Source: Candidatus Nanopelagicaceae bacterium (GTDB taxonomy: Bacteria > Actinomycetota > Actinomycetes > Nanopelagicales > Nanopelagicaceae). From it: a stretch of 55,703 bases of DNA. The notes under the pieces are model-generated. The model did no database searches and was not told the origin of the DNA. It saw only the letters and a program-made list of their open reading frames with translations. The first letter of the stretch is position 1, and the number at the start of each line of letters is the position of its first letter. Position numbers and translations under genes: made by a program. Positions 47,577-55,703 of the stretch are shown one piece after another. The stretch lies in assembly GCA_947454425.1 (NCBI GenBank), contig CANGJV010000001.1, positions 1 to 55,703 on the forward strand, given 5' to 3'.

Positions 47577-47987
47577 ATGCATTTACTTCGAAGAATTCCG
47601 CAGGTCATTTTGGGAACGGCGCTGCTCTTTACCGGTACAAGCCATCTGACAACAGGGCGTGCTGAGTTTCAAGCTCAGGTTCCCACGCTCCTAAAAGATT
47701 ATGCAGATTTTGTTGTCTTGGCCTCCGGCGTTGCAGAACTATTGCTTGGTGCTGGCTTAGTTCTCCTCTGGAAATTTCGAGTCCAGGTGGGAGCACTAAC
47801 AGCGCTCTTCTTCATTGCGCTCTTCTGGGGAAATATATCTCAATACATTAACCATGTTGATGCATTCGGTCTCAATAGCGATAGATCTCGATTTATTAGA
47901 TTGCTCTTCCAGCCGTTATTGGTGGTGTGGGCACTGGCAAGTACTGGGGCATGGCGCTTCTTAAAAAACTATCGCTCTAAGAATTAA
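47577..47987 (+). CDS. DoxX-like membrane protein
   Basis: GTSH, SGVAELLLG, GNISQY, RLLFQP motifs. Confidence 0.75.
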   Translation: MHLLRRIPQVILGTALLFTGTSHLTTGRAEFQAQVPTLLKDYADFVVLASGVAELLLGAGLVLLWKFRVQVGALTALFFIALFWGNISQYINHVDAFGLNSDRSRFIRLLFQPLLVVWALASTGAWRFLKNYRSKN

Positions 47988-47993
47988 TAAGAG

Positions 47994-49076
47994 TTAACGA
48001 TCACAACCGCAGAGTGGATGGCGAGGAATCGCCACCACCTGCGGCTCTGTTAATCGCTGAAAGTTAATATATGTAATCTCCCCGACCCCTGTATTTCGCG
48101 AGATTCTTGAGGCATCGGGCGAATTGTGCTGATCAATAAAGTGCAGAATCTGAGCTGCCAATATCGCCGCTACATAATGCGCGGTAACAGCAGGAAGTTC
48201 TTCGACCGCAGTGAGTGGAATCCGCTCTAGCTGCGTAAAACCGAAGTTGTCGATTTCATAGAGAGATAGGCATCGATTACAAGGAGATTTACCTGGCAGA
48301 ACAAGTGGTCCAATCACAATCTCATCTCCCATAGGTGAATGAATAACAGAGTGCGCAATTCCGTTCTGCGCCCACTCCACCAACTGTTCTGGATCACAAT
48401 CGCCATAATGAATTGCCATCAAGGGCTTTGAAATATCGAGATCATCGCGAGCAAAACGATCAATGGGAAAGAGCGATAACTCGCGACGGCGCGATTGGCT
48501 TACTTCATAATAATTTCCACCGAGGTCACTAGTTAAAATTGTGCCGAACGATATATCTAGATTTGTAATGGCCGGCCGGAAATATCTATCAGCGAATCTC
48601 ACTCGACTGACACCACTTGCAAGTAGCAACGAGAAGAGAATAGTGATGACACGTGACCTTCCGGAAAGTTCTATCGGATGAAGTGCACGTGCTGCCACAA
48701 TCGAAGTTCCACCATCGCCACTTCCATCTATCCACTCAGATTGAGCCAGCTCAGGAGCAGACCGTTCCCGCATTTGATTGATAGCGATATCGGACTCTGA
48801 AATATCTGCAAGGGATCTAAGGGGAGTGCTTAATTGCCGACTATTCTGATTGAGTAAACCTTTTTCTCTGAGCGCTTCTATAAAGTGAGTCAGGCTTGCT
48901 CGCACTGGTTCATCTACCTGGGTAAGTGGATCTGCGCCAATCGCTAGTTGAGCGAGCGCCGTACGTTGATATGCAGAGGTGATGCTCATAGAGCGCGTGA
49001 ATGTGCCGAGACGATATCCGCCATTGTGTGATTGAAAGAGTGAGCATCCGCGAATTAATGAGTATTGGGCTTTCAT
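47994..49076 (-). CDS. ThiF-like/cyclodehydratase-scaffold-like protein (Rv3196-like)
   Basis: IGPLVLPGKSPCNRCL and C-terminal HPLCGC; synteny. Confidence 0.7.
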   Translation of the reverse strand: MKAQYSLIRGCSLFQSHNGGYRLGTFTRSMSITSAYQRTALAQLAIGADPLTQVDEPVRASLTHFIEALREKGLLNQNSRQLSTPLRSLADISESDIAINQMRERSAPELAQSEWIDGSGDGGTSIVAARALHPIELSGRSRVITILFSLLLASGVSRVRFADRYFRPAITNLDISFGTILTSDLGGNYYEVSQSRRRELSLFPIDRFARDDLDISKPLMAIHYGDCDPEQLVEWAQNGIAHSVIHSPMGDEIVIGPLVLPGKSPCNRCLSLYEIDNFGFTQLERIPLTAVEELPAVTAHYVAAILAAQILHFIDQHNSPDASRISRNTGVGEITYINFQRLTEPQVVAIPRHPLCGCDR

Positions 49077-49171
49077 GGGCAGATGATGACGAGCTGATCC
49101 AAGATGCGAATCATCTGCAATGAGCAGTTGTGGAGCGCAAGGTACTTTCTCGACCGAGCGTGAAGGGTGCG

Positions 49172-49227
49172 AGAACAGAACAGCCCCCCGCTAAAGAATC
49201 TCTCTATGAGAATCCTTCGCGAGGGGC
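49172..49227 (-). terminator. Probable terminator downstream of the DUF5679 gene
   Basis: Minus-strand GCCCCTCGCGAAGGATTCTC...GAGATTCTTTAGCGGGGGGC followed by TGTTCTGTTCT. Confidence 0.6.
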
Positions 49228-49274
49228 CGAACTACATCTGTGACGTGCAACTGCACGTGATGCTTAAAGAAGAA

Positions 49275-49442
49275 TTACTGAGCCTTACCGAGGATACGGT
49301 TGACCTTAGTTCCGCAGACTGGGCAGATGCCCTGTGCCATGCGGCGACCTGAGTCAGAGACCTTTACAGTTCCCTCGAAGTCACGCTTCTCTTTGCACTT
49401 AACGCAGTAAGCGTCACCTTTATATGTCTCTACCTCTGTCAT
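49275..49442 (-). CDS. DUF5679 small zinc-ribbon protein (55 aa)
   Basis: AYCVKCKEKR...GICPVCGTKVNRILG; GGAGG SD before ATG 49442. Confidence 0.85.
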   Translation of the reverse strand: MTEVETYKGDAYCVKCKEKRDFEGTVKVSDSGRRMAQGICPVCGTKVNRILGKAQ

Positions 49443-49546
49443 GATTGCCTCCAATCGGCGTATCCGTGTTTGGCGGCTACGCGTATTGGTTAAAACATAC
49501 TCCGCCACACGCTCAAATGGCGGTAAGCAAGCGTGAATTTATCGCC

Positions 49547-50113
49547 CTATTTGGGGAGCTTTTTTAACTCCACAGGATCAAGCATCGCCCGTTCGGCAGC
49601 CTCCCAGCCATCGAGATAGGCGCTAGCCAGTTCAGAATCCTCGAAACGGGAGAGAACTTCGGTGAATTCAGCCCCATGATCGCCCCATTCGAGGTGGATT
49701 GCCTCATGGAAGAGGACGTAATCGAGGGCATACTCCGGGGCGAGCTTGAGGCGGTCAGAGATACGGATTGTGCGGTCCAGACTGGTACAGGAGCCCCAGC
49801 GCTCGCGCATAGGGCGCCAGCTCACGCTGACGGGGCGGGCAGTTATCTCAGGGGCCAATTCATTGAGCAGTTGGTCGATTCGGTTGGAGAGCGCCTCTTC
49901 GGTCGGCGTTTTCGATGCCTCTCGTCCTCGGATGATGGCAATCAATTCAGGAACTACCTGCGCCTCTTCCGCCTTACTCATCCGAGCAGGAAGTGAAATG
50001 ACGATTCTTCCTCCTTGGCGATAGGCAGAGGCAGATTTCTTTCGACGAGTAGATCTAATGACGAGAATCTCGCCCTCTGATATTCCAGGCAGAGTGGGCG
50101 CATCTTCTTCCAT
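49547..50113 (-). CDS. YgjP/DUF45-like zinc metallopeptidase
   Basis: RWGSC, DYVLFHEAIHL...H...F (HExxH); leaderless TAAGGT-N6-ATG. Confidence 0.85.
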   Translation of the reverse strand: MEEDAPTLPGISEGEILVIRSTRRKKSASAYRQGGRIVISLPARMSKAEEAQVVPELIAIIRGREASKTPTEEALSNRIDQLLNELAPEITARPVSVSWRPMRERWGSCTSLDRTIRISDRLKLAPEYALDYVLFHEAIHLEWGDHGAEFTEVLSRFEDSELASAYLDGWEAAERAMLDPVELKKLPK

Positions 50114-50178
50114 TGAGCGACCTTACATCTCTCGACCTTAGATTGAGGAATTGTAGGTGCGAATCGCACATTTTCTAT

Positions 50179-50207
50179 TTGCACACTCAGTAATTTCTGC
50201 GTACTTT
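50179..50207 (+). promoter_or_regulatory. Sigma-A-type promoter TTGCAC-N17-TACTTT driving the candidate sRNA
   Basis: Canonical spacing; no plus-strand CDS downstream. Confidence 0.6.
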
Positions 50208-50213
50208 GCGCAT

Positions 50214-50291
50214 ACGAAGTCCTCGGATAACCGTTCGATATCTGCAAGGGGAAGGCAGATATCGGAATGTGGCCCCGGGGACTTCGCTTTT
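50214..50291 (+). ncRNA. Candidate small RNA (rod-like hairpin with AAGGGGAAG loop)
   Basis: Two 12-bp stems whose G-U pairs favour the plus strand, an upstream promoter and a 3' U tract. Confidence 0.6.
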
Positions 50292-50304
50292 GCCTAAGGG
50301 ATTT

Positions 50305-51627
50305 TTAAATCAATCCTGAGAGGTCATCAGGAATTTCTGTAGAGGCAAGAAAGAGATCCGGCGCCAATAATTCGGTAGCGCTTGGCAAGATTCCACTCCA
50401 AATTTGGTCGCGAGCAGAAGCTCCCTTTAATTCGCGTACTCGACTCCAGAAGGCGCTCGCTTCCCGCGCAAGTTTTGGTGAGACTTCAAGGCCCAACATA
50501 GTTTTAAAGAGTTGTTGTGAAGGTGCAGCGGTTGCACGATTTCGTCGATGAATTTCACGAAGTGCGGTAATTGATGGAATGCGATCGCCAGCTGCAACTG
50601 TTGCGACTTCATCAGACCATCCATCGACAAGTGCAAGAACAGTCTCTAACTTTGAAAGCGCTTCTCGTTGAGCTGGAGTTTCTTCAGGTGTAAAGATTCC
50701 AGAATCAAGTGCAATCGTGAAGGATTGTTCATTAATATCTGACATTCCTTGCATTCCCTGCATCGCCTCTTCTGCCTGACGTTGAATTGCTTCAAGATCA
50801 ATTCGGATACCGGCGCCATATGCCACGATTGAACTGCGAATGTAAGAAACAATCCATGGATTATGTTCGAAGAGTCGAGCGATAGCGCCTTCGCGAAGTG
50901 CATGGAATAAATAAATTTCAGTTTTAGGAATTTCAGTGTCAGCGCCCCATAATTCAATGTTTTCTGGGATCAAGAGCGGGCGCGCTGGTTCAAGAATAGG
51001 TAGACCGACATCGTGGGCTCCGGTGGCAGAGGTGGCAATCGCACCGATTGCTTGACCAAGTTGAGTCGCAATCATTGAGCCGATAAAGGTCCGTAATAAG
51101 CCAGCAATCGCGCCAATGGGTGCTGCACCCATCGCTTCTTCATACTCACTTCCAGCTGAGTTCATCGCCTCTTCGAGCAGGGTAGAGATGGCAGCGCTTA
51201 AACCAGTGGCAAGTGGCTCCATTGTTGCCTGCCATCCGGGAAGAGTCTCATCAACCCAATCGAGGCGACTGATTGATTTTGCCGATGCAGATGAAGATGC
51301 AGGAAAGTCGGTGGCTTCATTGAGCCAAATATCTGCAATCTCGCAGGCGTTGTTGATTGCAGTCACATCATTTGTCCCCAAAGGTTGAGAACCGTTGGAC
51401 ATTACAAATTTCTTTGCGGTATCGCGTACCGGTGCCAGCGGTAGAGCCTCTTGGCTTCCGGCACCGAAGGCTGCAAATGGATTGGCCAATCCGCCATTAA
51501 TTCCAAGTTGCTCAAATTGTTGTTGGATCTGCTCTTGCATTTGGCGCATCATCGCCTCGAGATTTTCTTGATTCTCTTTATTTGATGCATCGTCACCATC
51601 GTCTGGTGTAAATCCAAATGGGACCAT
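50305..51627 (-). CDS. DUF2342 zinc-dependent metalloprotease-like protein (Rv3195-like)
   Basis: WVDETLPGW, LREGAIARLF, LETVLALVDGW, GLEVSPK motifs. Confidence 0.85.
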   Translation of the reverse strand: MVPFGFTPDDGDDASNKENQENLEAMMRQMQEQIQQQFEQLGINGGLANPFAAFGAGSQEALPLAPVRDTAKKFVMSNGSQPLGTNDVTAINNACEIADIWLNEATDFPASSSASAKSISRLDWVDETLPGWQATMEPLATGLSAAISTLLEEAMNSAGSEYEEAMGAAPIGAIAGLLRTFIGSMIATQLGQAIGAIATSATGAHDVGLPILEPARPLLIPENIELWGADTEIPKTEIYLFHALREGAIARLFEHNPWIVSYIRSSIVAYGAGIRIDLEAIQRQAEEAMQGMQGMSDINEQSFTIALDSGIFTPEETPAQREALSKLETVLALVDGWSDEVATVAAGDRIPSITALREIHRRNRATAAPSQQLFKTMLGLEVSPKLAREASAFWSRVRELKGASARDQIWSGILPSATELLAPDLFLASTEIPDDLSGLI

Positions 51628-51735
51628 GATGCAACCTCGTTCCGGCTCGCGACTGTGACCAATCAATTATTGTGATTCTAGGAGGTAGAACACCATTAAG
51701 GGGCGCTTTCTTCCCACGGGGACTACTCTATTTCC

Positions 51736-51927
51736 ATGTACGCAGCATCCTCCGCCTTTACCGCCTTGATTTGGTGGCTTGTTCCACTAGCTGGGGTAAT
51801 AGGCGCACTTGGATATGTCATCTGGATTTCTCAATTTAAAAGAAAGTTCGAGAAGGGCACTTCGCGCTCGGTAAATCAATTTGAGCGCTTCCAAAACTCG
51901 TTCCGCAATGATGAGCCTGAAAAGTAA
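51736..51927 (+). CDS. Small single-TM hypothetical protein
   Basis: TM (LIWWLVPLAGVIGALGYVIW) plus FERFQ tail; leaderless TACTCT-N6-ATG; overlaps the next gene. Confidence 0.6.
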   Translation: MYAASSAFTALIWWLVPLAGVIGALGYVIWISQFKRKFEKGTSRSVNQFERFQNSFRNDEPEK

Positions 51928-52735
51928 GAATCTCCGTTTTTCTCGCACTCCACTTCTGATAAAGATCTTTGTGGTCTTGGTGCCTGTAATTGCGCTCTTG
52001 GCGCCAATGAACTTTGTCTTACTCACACCAGGACCTGTAACTAATCTTTTTCCCAAAGTTCTTACTATTTCAAAAGCAAGTGGCGTGAAGACCTATCCAG
52101 TAAATGGAAACCTTTACCTCTTAACGGTTTATGTCACCAATCCAGAGACGATGGTCTTTGGAGCAGAGGTTGCAGCATGTTGGGCGCATGGTGATTGTGT
52201 TGCTAAACCGCGATCTGCTTTCTATGAGAAAAATACAACCAATACCGAAGAGAAAAAAGCTGGCAAGAAAGATATGGTCGAATCTCAGAATATTGCGCTC
52301 ACGGCAGCAACTGCAGCTATCCATCGTAAATTTCCAAATATTAATCTTGGCCAGTTAAAAGAATCTTCGGTTAAGGTCTCTTTGGAAGATACCGGCGGAC
52401 CAAGTGGTGGTCTGGTCTTTACCTTGGGATTGATAGATCTTCTGACACCGGTCGATATTTTGCAGGGTAGAAAAATTGCCGGAACAGGAACAATTTCAGC
52501 CGATGGCCACATCGGCGCAATCGGTGGGGTAACCGAGAAAATTATCGGGGCCCGCAAAGCCGGCGCAAATATCCTCTTCGTCTCGACTGAAAACTGTTCC
52601 GAACTCCCCGCAAAGGTTGAGGGGATTTCGGTAGTGGCTATCGAGAAGATTGACCAGGCAATTGACTACCTTCTAGCGGCAAAGCCCAGCGTAAATTCTG
52701 CAGGAATTCATGGGTGCGCTAGCGTAGGAGCATGA
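51911..52735 (+). CDS. Membrane-anchored Lon-like (S16) protease, YlbL/Rv3194c-like, lacking the PDZ domain
   Basis: GGPSGG (Ser) and IAGTGTI...IGGVTEK (Lys). Confidence 0.85.
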   Translation: MSLKSKNLRFSRTPLLIKIFVVLVPVIALLAPMNFVLLTPGPVTNLFPKVLTISKASGVKTYPVNGNLYLLTVYVTNPETMVFGAEVAACWAHGDCVAKPRSAFYEKNTTNTEEKKAGKKDMVESQNIALTAATAAIHRKFPNINLGQLKESSVKVSLEDTGGPSGGLVFTLGLIDLLTPVDILQGRKIAGTGTISADGHIGAIGGVTEKIIGARKAGANILFVSTENCSELPAKVEGISVVAIEKIDQAIDYLLAAKPSVNSAGIHGCASVGA

Positions 52736-55551
52736 ATAGAAATCGCACGCCGCTAGCAATTACGGTCGGAATTCTCGTAGCCCTCGGAGCAGTTCTTATC
52801 TCCTTGAGTGGCTTCTATATCGATTGGCTCTGGTTTAAATCAGTTCAATTCTCAAGCGTCTGGACAAGGGTTCTTACAACGAAGGTCGAGCTATTCCTTC
52901 TGATGGGACTCATCACCTCCATCATTATTACGCTCAATATTTATCTCGCATACAAGCGCCGCCCGTTCTATGTTCCAACCGCAATCGAACTCAATGGCGT
53001 CGAACGTGTTCGTGCACAAATCGAACCAATTCTCCGTTGGGTATTTCTTGGTCTCTTCGCCGCAATTACTTACTTTGCCGGATCATCCGGAACTCTCTAT
53101 TGGAAAGAGTGGTTACTCTTTAAGAACTCCACACCATTCGGTGTAAAGGATCCGCAATTTAATCTCGATATCTCATTCTTTACCTTTAAGTTGCCTTTCT
53201 ACCAAGCTCTCATTTCATGGGCAATCTCAGTTCTCGTATTAACAACTCTTGCAACAATATTTGTCCACTACATGTATGGCGGAATCCGTACGCAAGGACA
53301 GGGAGACCGCACAACTGTTGCTGCTCGTGTTCAACTTTCAATTCTCTTTGGTTTGATTGTATTAATGAAGGCAGTTGCATATTGGTTTGATCGATTTGGA
53401 CTTGCACTTAAGCAGAACAAATTGATTACCGGTGCTACTTACACCGATGTCAATGCCACATTGCCAGCAAAGGCGATTCTCGCGGGTATCGCTGTTATTT
53501 GTGCGCTTCTCTTCTTTGCAAATATTGTTCGTCGCTCTTGGCTCTTGCCAGCAGCAGGCACAGCGTTGATGGTGGTATCTGCAGTTCTGATCGCCGGAAT
53601 CTATCCAGGTGCCGTTCAGCAGTTCCAAGTAAAGCCATCAGAATCTTCGAAAGAAGCGCCATATATTCAGCGTAATATCGATGCAACACGGACTGCTTAT
53701 GGCTTAGATAATGTTGATGTTAAGGATTACAACGCAACGTTGACAACAAGTTCTGGCCAGCTCACAACAGATGCTGCAACCATTAGCAACATCCGACTTA
53801 TGGATCCAAATGTTCTATCTGCAACTTTCCGCCAACTTCAGCAGATTAAGCCGTATTACGGATTCGCAGATTCCCTCGATATTGATCGTTACACAGTAAA
53901 CGGAACAACTCGCGATGCAGTCGTCGCGGTGCGAGAGTTAAATATCGATGGAAATCCAAGCCGTAACTGGATTAACGACCACTTGGTCTACACCCATGGA
54001 TTTGGTTTTGTCGCAGCGTATGGAAATACAGTTGACGCTGATGGCAAGCCAAGTTTCCTTGTAGGAGATCTCCCTCCAACAAAGGGTCTCGGAGCTTTCG
54101 AACCTCGCATTTACTTTGGTGAGAATTCACCTGAGTATTCAATTATTGGTGGAACTTCAACGACTTCAAAGGCAGCTCCGGTTGAATTCGATTACCCAGA
54201 CGATACCTCGACCTCTGGTCAGAAGAACGTGACCTACACCGGCACTGGTGGCGTACCCGTAGGCGGCGCAATCAACAAGATTCTCTTTGCTATTAAATAT
54301 GGAGAGCAGAGAATTCTTCTCTCCAACCTCATCAATAAAGATTCAAAGATTCTCTACAACCGTAATCCACGCGATCGTGTAGCGAAAGTTGCACCTTGGC
54401 TGACTCTTGATGGAGATCCGTACCCAGCAATTGTGGGCGGCAAAATCCTTTGGATCGTAGACGGATATACAACAAGTGCTGGTTATCCATATTCTGAAGG
54501 AACGTCACTTGCTACAGCAACAAGTGATGCACTGACAAAGAAGTCAACCTCTGTTACAGCGCAGGGCAACCAGCGTGTTAACTACATCCGCAACTCAGTA
54601 AAAGCGACTGTTGACGCCTATAACGGCACCGTCACTCTCTACCAGTGGGATGAAAAGGATCCAGTACTCAAGAGCTGGATGAAGGCCTTCCCAAATACTG
54701 TCTCAGCTAAGAGCAAAATCTCAGAAGAGCTCATGAGCCATATTCGTTATCCAGAAGATCTCTTCCGTGTGCAGCGCGACATTCTCGCTTCGTATCACGT
54801 GAAGAGTGCGGCTGCTTTCTACGGCGGTCAAGATTTCTGGCGCGTACCTAGTGACCCATCAACATTTGGTTCAAATGCAGGCGCGCAACCTCCTTACTAC
54901 CTCACTCTGAAGTTGCCAGGTGCTAAAACTCCTGCATTCTCATTGACAACTCCATTTGTTCCAAAGGGAACACGTGAGAACCTGACTGCATTTGCAGTGG
55001 TCAACTCAAAGCCAGGTCCGGACTATGGAAAGATCACAGTGCTTCAACTTCCTCGTAGCACCAACATCTCGGGTCCATCTCAAATCGCATCAAACTTCGA
55101 GGCAAAACCTGATGTAGCTAATGCGCTCTCACTCTTGCGCCAAGGTGGTTCTGATGTTGTTCTTGGAAATCTCCTTACACTTCCAGTCGGCGGAGGACTT
55201 CTCTACGTCCAGCCGGTCTATGTAACAGCGACTGCGAATAACTCTGCATATCCATTACTGCAGAAGGTGCTCGTCTCATTTGGTGATGTGATTGGATTTG
55301 ATAGTTCACTGAAGGGTGCACTTGATCAAGTCTTCGGTGGAAACTCCGGAACAACTTCATCAACATCTTCAACACCAACAACTACAAGTAGCTCTGCTGA
55401 TTTAGCATCAGCACTTGCATCTGCAAAACAAGCAATCGCAGATGGACAGAGTGCACTTGCAAAGGGCGATTTCGCTGCATACGGTCGAGCACAAGATCGT
55501 TTGAAGGCGGCAATCGCTGTAGCGATAGCTGCACAAGCACGCGCGAAGTAA
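52732..55551 (+). CDS. UPF0182-family membrane protein (Rv3193c-like)
   Basis: DWLWF, DPQFNLDISFF, HLVYTHGFG, NYIRNSVKA, GNLLTLP motifs. Confidence 0.93.
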   Translation: MNRNRTPLAITVGILVALGAVLISLSGFYIDWLWFKSVQFSSVWTRVLTTKVELFLLMGLITSIIITLNIYLAYKRRPFYVPTAIELNGVERVRAQIEPILRWVFLGLFAAITYFAGSSGTLYWKEWLLFKNSTPFGVKDPQFNLDISFFTFKLPFYQALISWAISVLVLTTLATIFVHYMYGGIRTQGQGDRTTVAARVQLSILFGLIVLMKAVAYWFDRFGLALKQNKLITGATYTDVNATLPAKAILAGIAVICALLFFANIVRRSWLLPAAGTALMVVSAVLIAGIYPGAVQQFQVKPSESSKEAPYIQRNIDATRTAYGLDNVDVKDYNATLTTSSGQLTTDAATISNIRLMDPNVLSATFRQLQQIKPYYGFADSLDIDRYTVNGTTRDAVVAVRELNIDGNPSRNWINDHLVYTHGFGFVAAYGNTVDADGKPSFLVGDLPPTKGLGAFEPRIYFGENSPEYSIIGGTSTTSKAAPVEFDYPDDTSTSGQKNVTYTGTGGVPVGGAINKILFAIKYGEQRILLSNLINKDSKILYNRNPRDRVAKVAPWLTLDGDPYPAIVGGKILWIVDGYTTSAGYPYSEGTSLATATSDALTKKSTSVTAQGNQRVNYIRNSVKATVDAYNGTVTLYQWDEKDPVLKSWMKAFPNTVSAKSKISEELMSHIRYPEDLFRVQRDILASYHVKSAAAFYGGQDFWRVPSDPSTFGSNAGAQPPYYLTLKLPGAKTPAFSLTTPFVPKGTRENLTAFAVVNSKPGPDYGKITVLQLPRSTNISGPSQIASNFEAKPDVANALSLLRQGGSDVVLGNLLTLPVGGGLLYVQPVYVTATANNSAYPLLQKVLVSFGDVIGFDSSLKGALDQVFGGNSGTTSSTSSTPTTTSSSADLASALASAKQAIADGQSALAKGDFAAYGRAQDRLKAAIAVAIAAQARAK

Positions 55552-55576
55552 TCGAAGATTCACCCGATTTGGTGAT

Positions 55577-55607
55577 GTAAGCGCAGTTCACATAGAATTG
55601 CGCTTAC
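55577..55607 (+). terminator. Hairpin between UPF0182 and the tRNA, overlapping the tRNA -10 (TAGAAT)
   Basis: GTAAGCGCAGTTC-ACATA-GAATTGCGCTTAC. Confidence 0.45.
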
Positions 55608-55610
55608 CGA

Positions 55611-55687
<77 letters not shown>

Positions 55688-55703
55688 AAGTAAGAAAGTC
55701 AGA

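Noticed and set aside
47994-49442. TOMM/RiPP biosynthetic cluster (ThiF-like protein plus Cys-rich small ORF)
   Set aside because: No YcaO, dehydrogenase or transporter. The small ORF is a CxxC...CxxC zinc ribbon and the ThiF-like gene is a conserved syntenic core gene.
50214-50291. 6S RNA, Ms1, SRP RNA or tRNA identity for the hairpin
   Set aside because: Too short for 6S/Ms1, lacks the SRP GNRA-loop domain IV motif, and has no cloverleaf.
16113-51911. Longest-ORF starts for DUF4307 (16628), prenyltransferase (17600), rmuC (29201), ychF (29147), copC (36521), adnB (40169), DUF5679 (49508) and the Lon-like gene (51881)
   Set aside because: They extend into neighbouring genes or promoters; downstream starts fit leaderless -10s, SDs or gene coupling better.
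577-55591. Many short alternative-frame or antisense ORFs in the track (e.g. 7178-7585, 28783-29319, 42553-43161)
   Set aside because: They overlap well-supported genes, lack motifs and read as shadow ORFs.

Overview
A gene-dense, streamlined actinobacterial chromosome segment. Synteny, tiny intergenic spaces, many leaderless genes and moderate GC suggest freshwater acI/Nanopelagicales such as Ca. Planktophila (inference). From left to right: a cellobiose/beta-glucoside-type ABC-GH1-LacI operon (5' truncated); the pntA1-pntA2-pntB transhydrogenase; a Gly-rich/cadherin surface protein; an MFS/ABC efflux cluster; and a core block syntenic with M. tuberculosis Rv1080c-Rv1112 (greA, DUF4307, cis-prenyltransferase, phoH2, fumarase, xseBA, ispH, rmuC, ychF) with a LamG surface protein inserted. 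Next come ppk1-mutT1/ppx, typA and copC, then a block syntenic with Rv3202c-Rv3193c (adnAB, nudC, uvrD2, whiB7, ThiF-like, DUF2342, Lon-like, UPF0182), ending in tRNA-fMet. I saw no CRISPR, integrase or transposase. Most notable observations: (1) a probable unannotated ~78-nt sRNA with its own promoter at 50214-50291; (2) two otherwise unrelated secreted proteins share a ~100-aa C-terminal Cys-containing domain ending R-x-G-x-R, a candidate surface sorting module; (3) in-frame amber codons near the N-termini of phoH2 and an MFS gene, the latter followed by a long hairpin; (4) a complete whiB7 uORF/antiterminator/terminator attenuator; (5) PafBC-type and PHO-type promoter motifs, and back-to-back leaderless promoters. 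All calls come from reading the sequence by eye; no searches were run.
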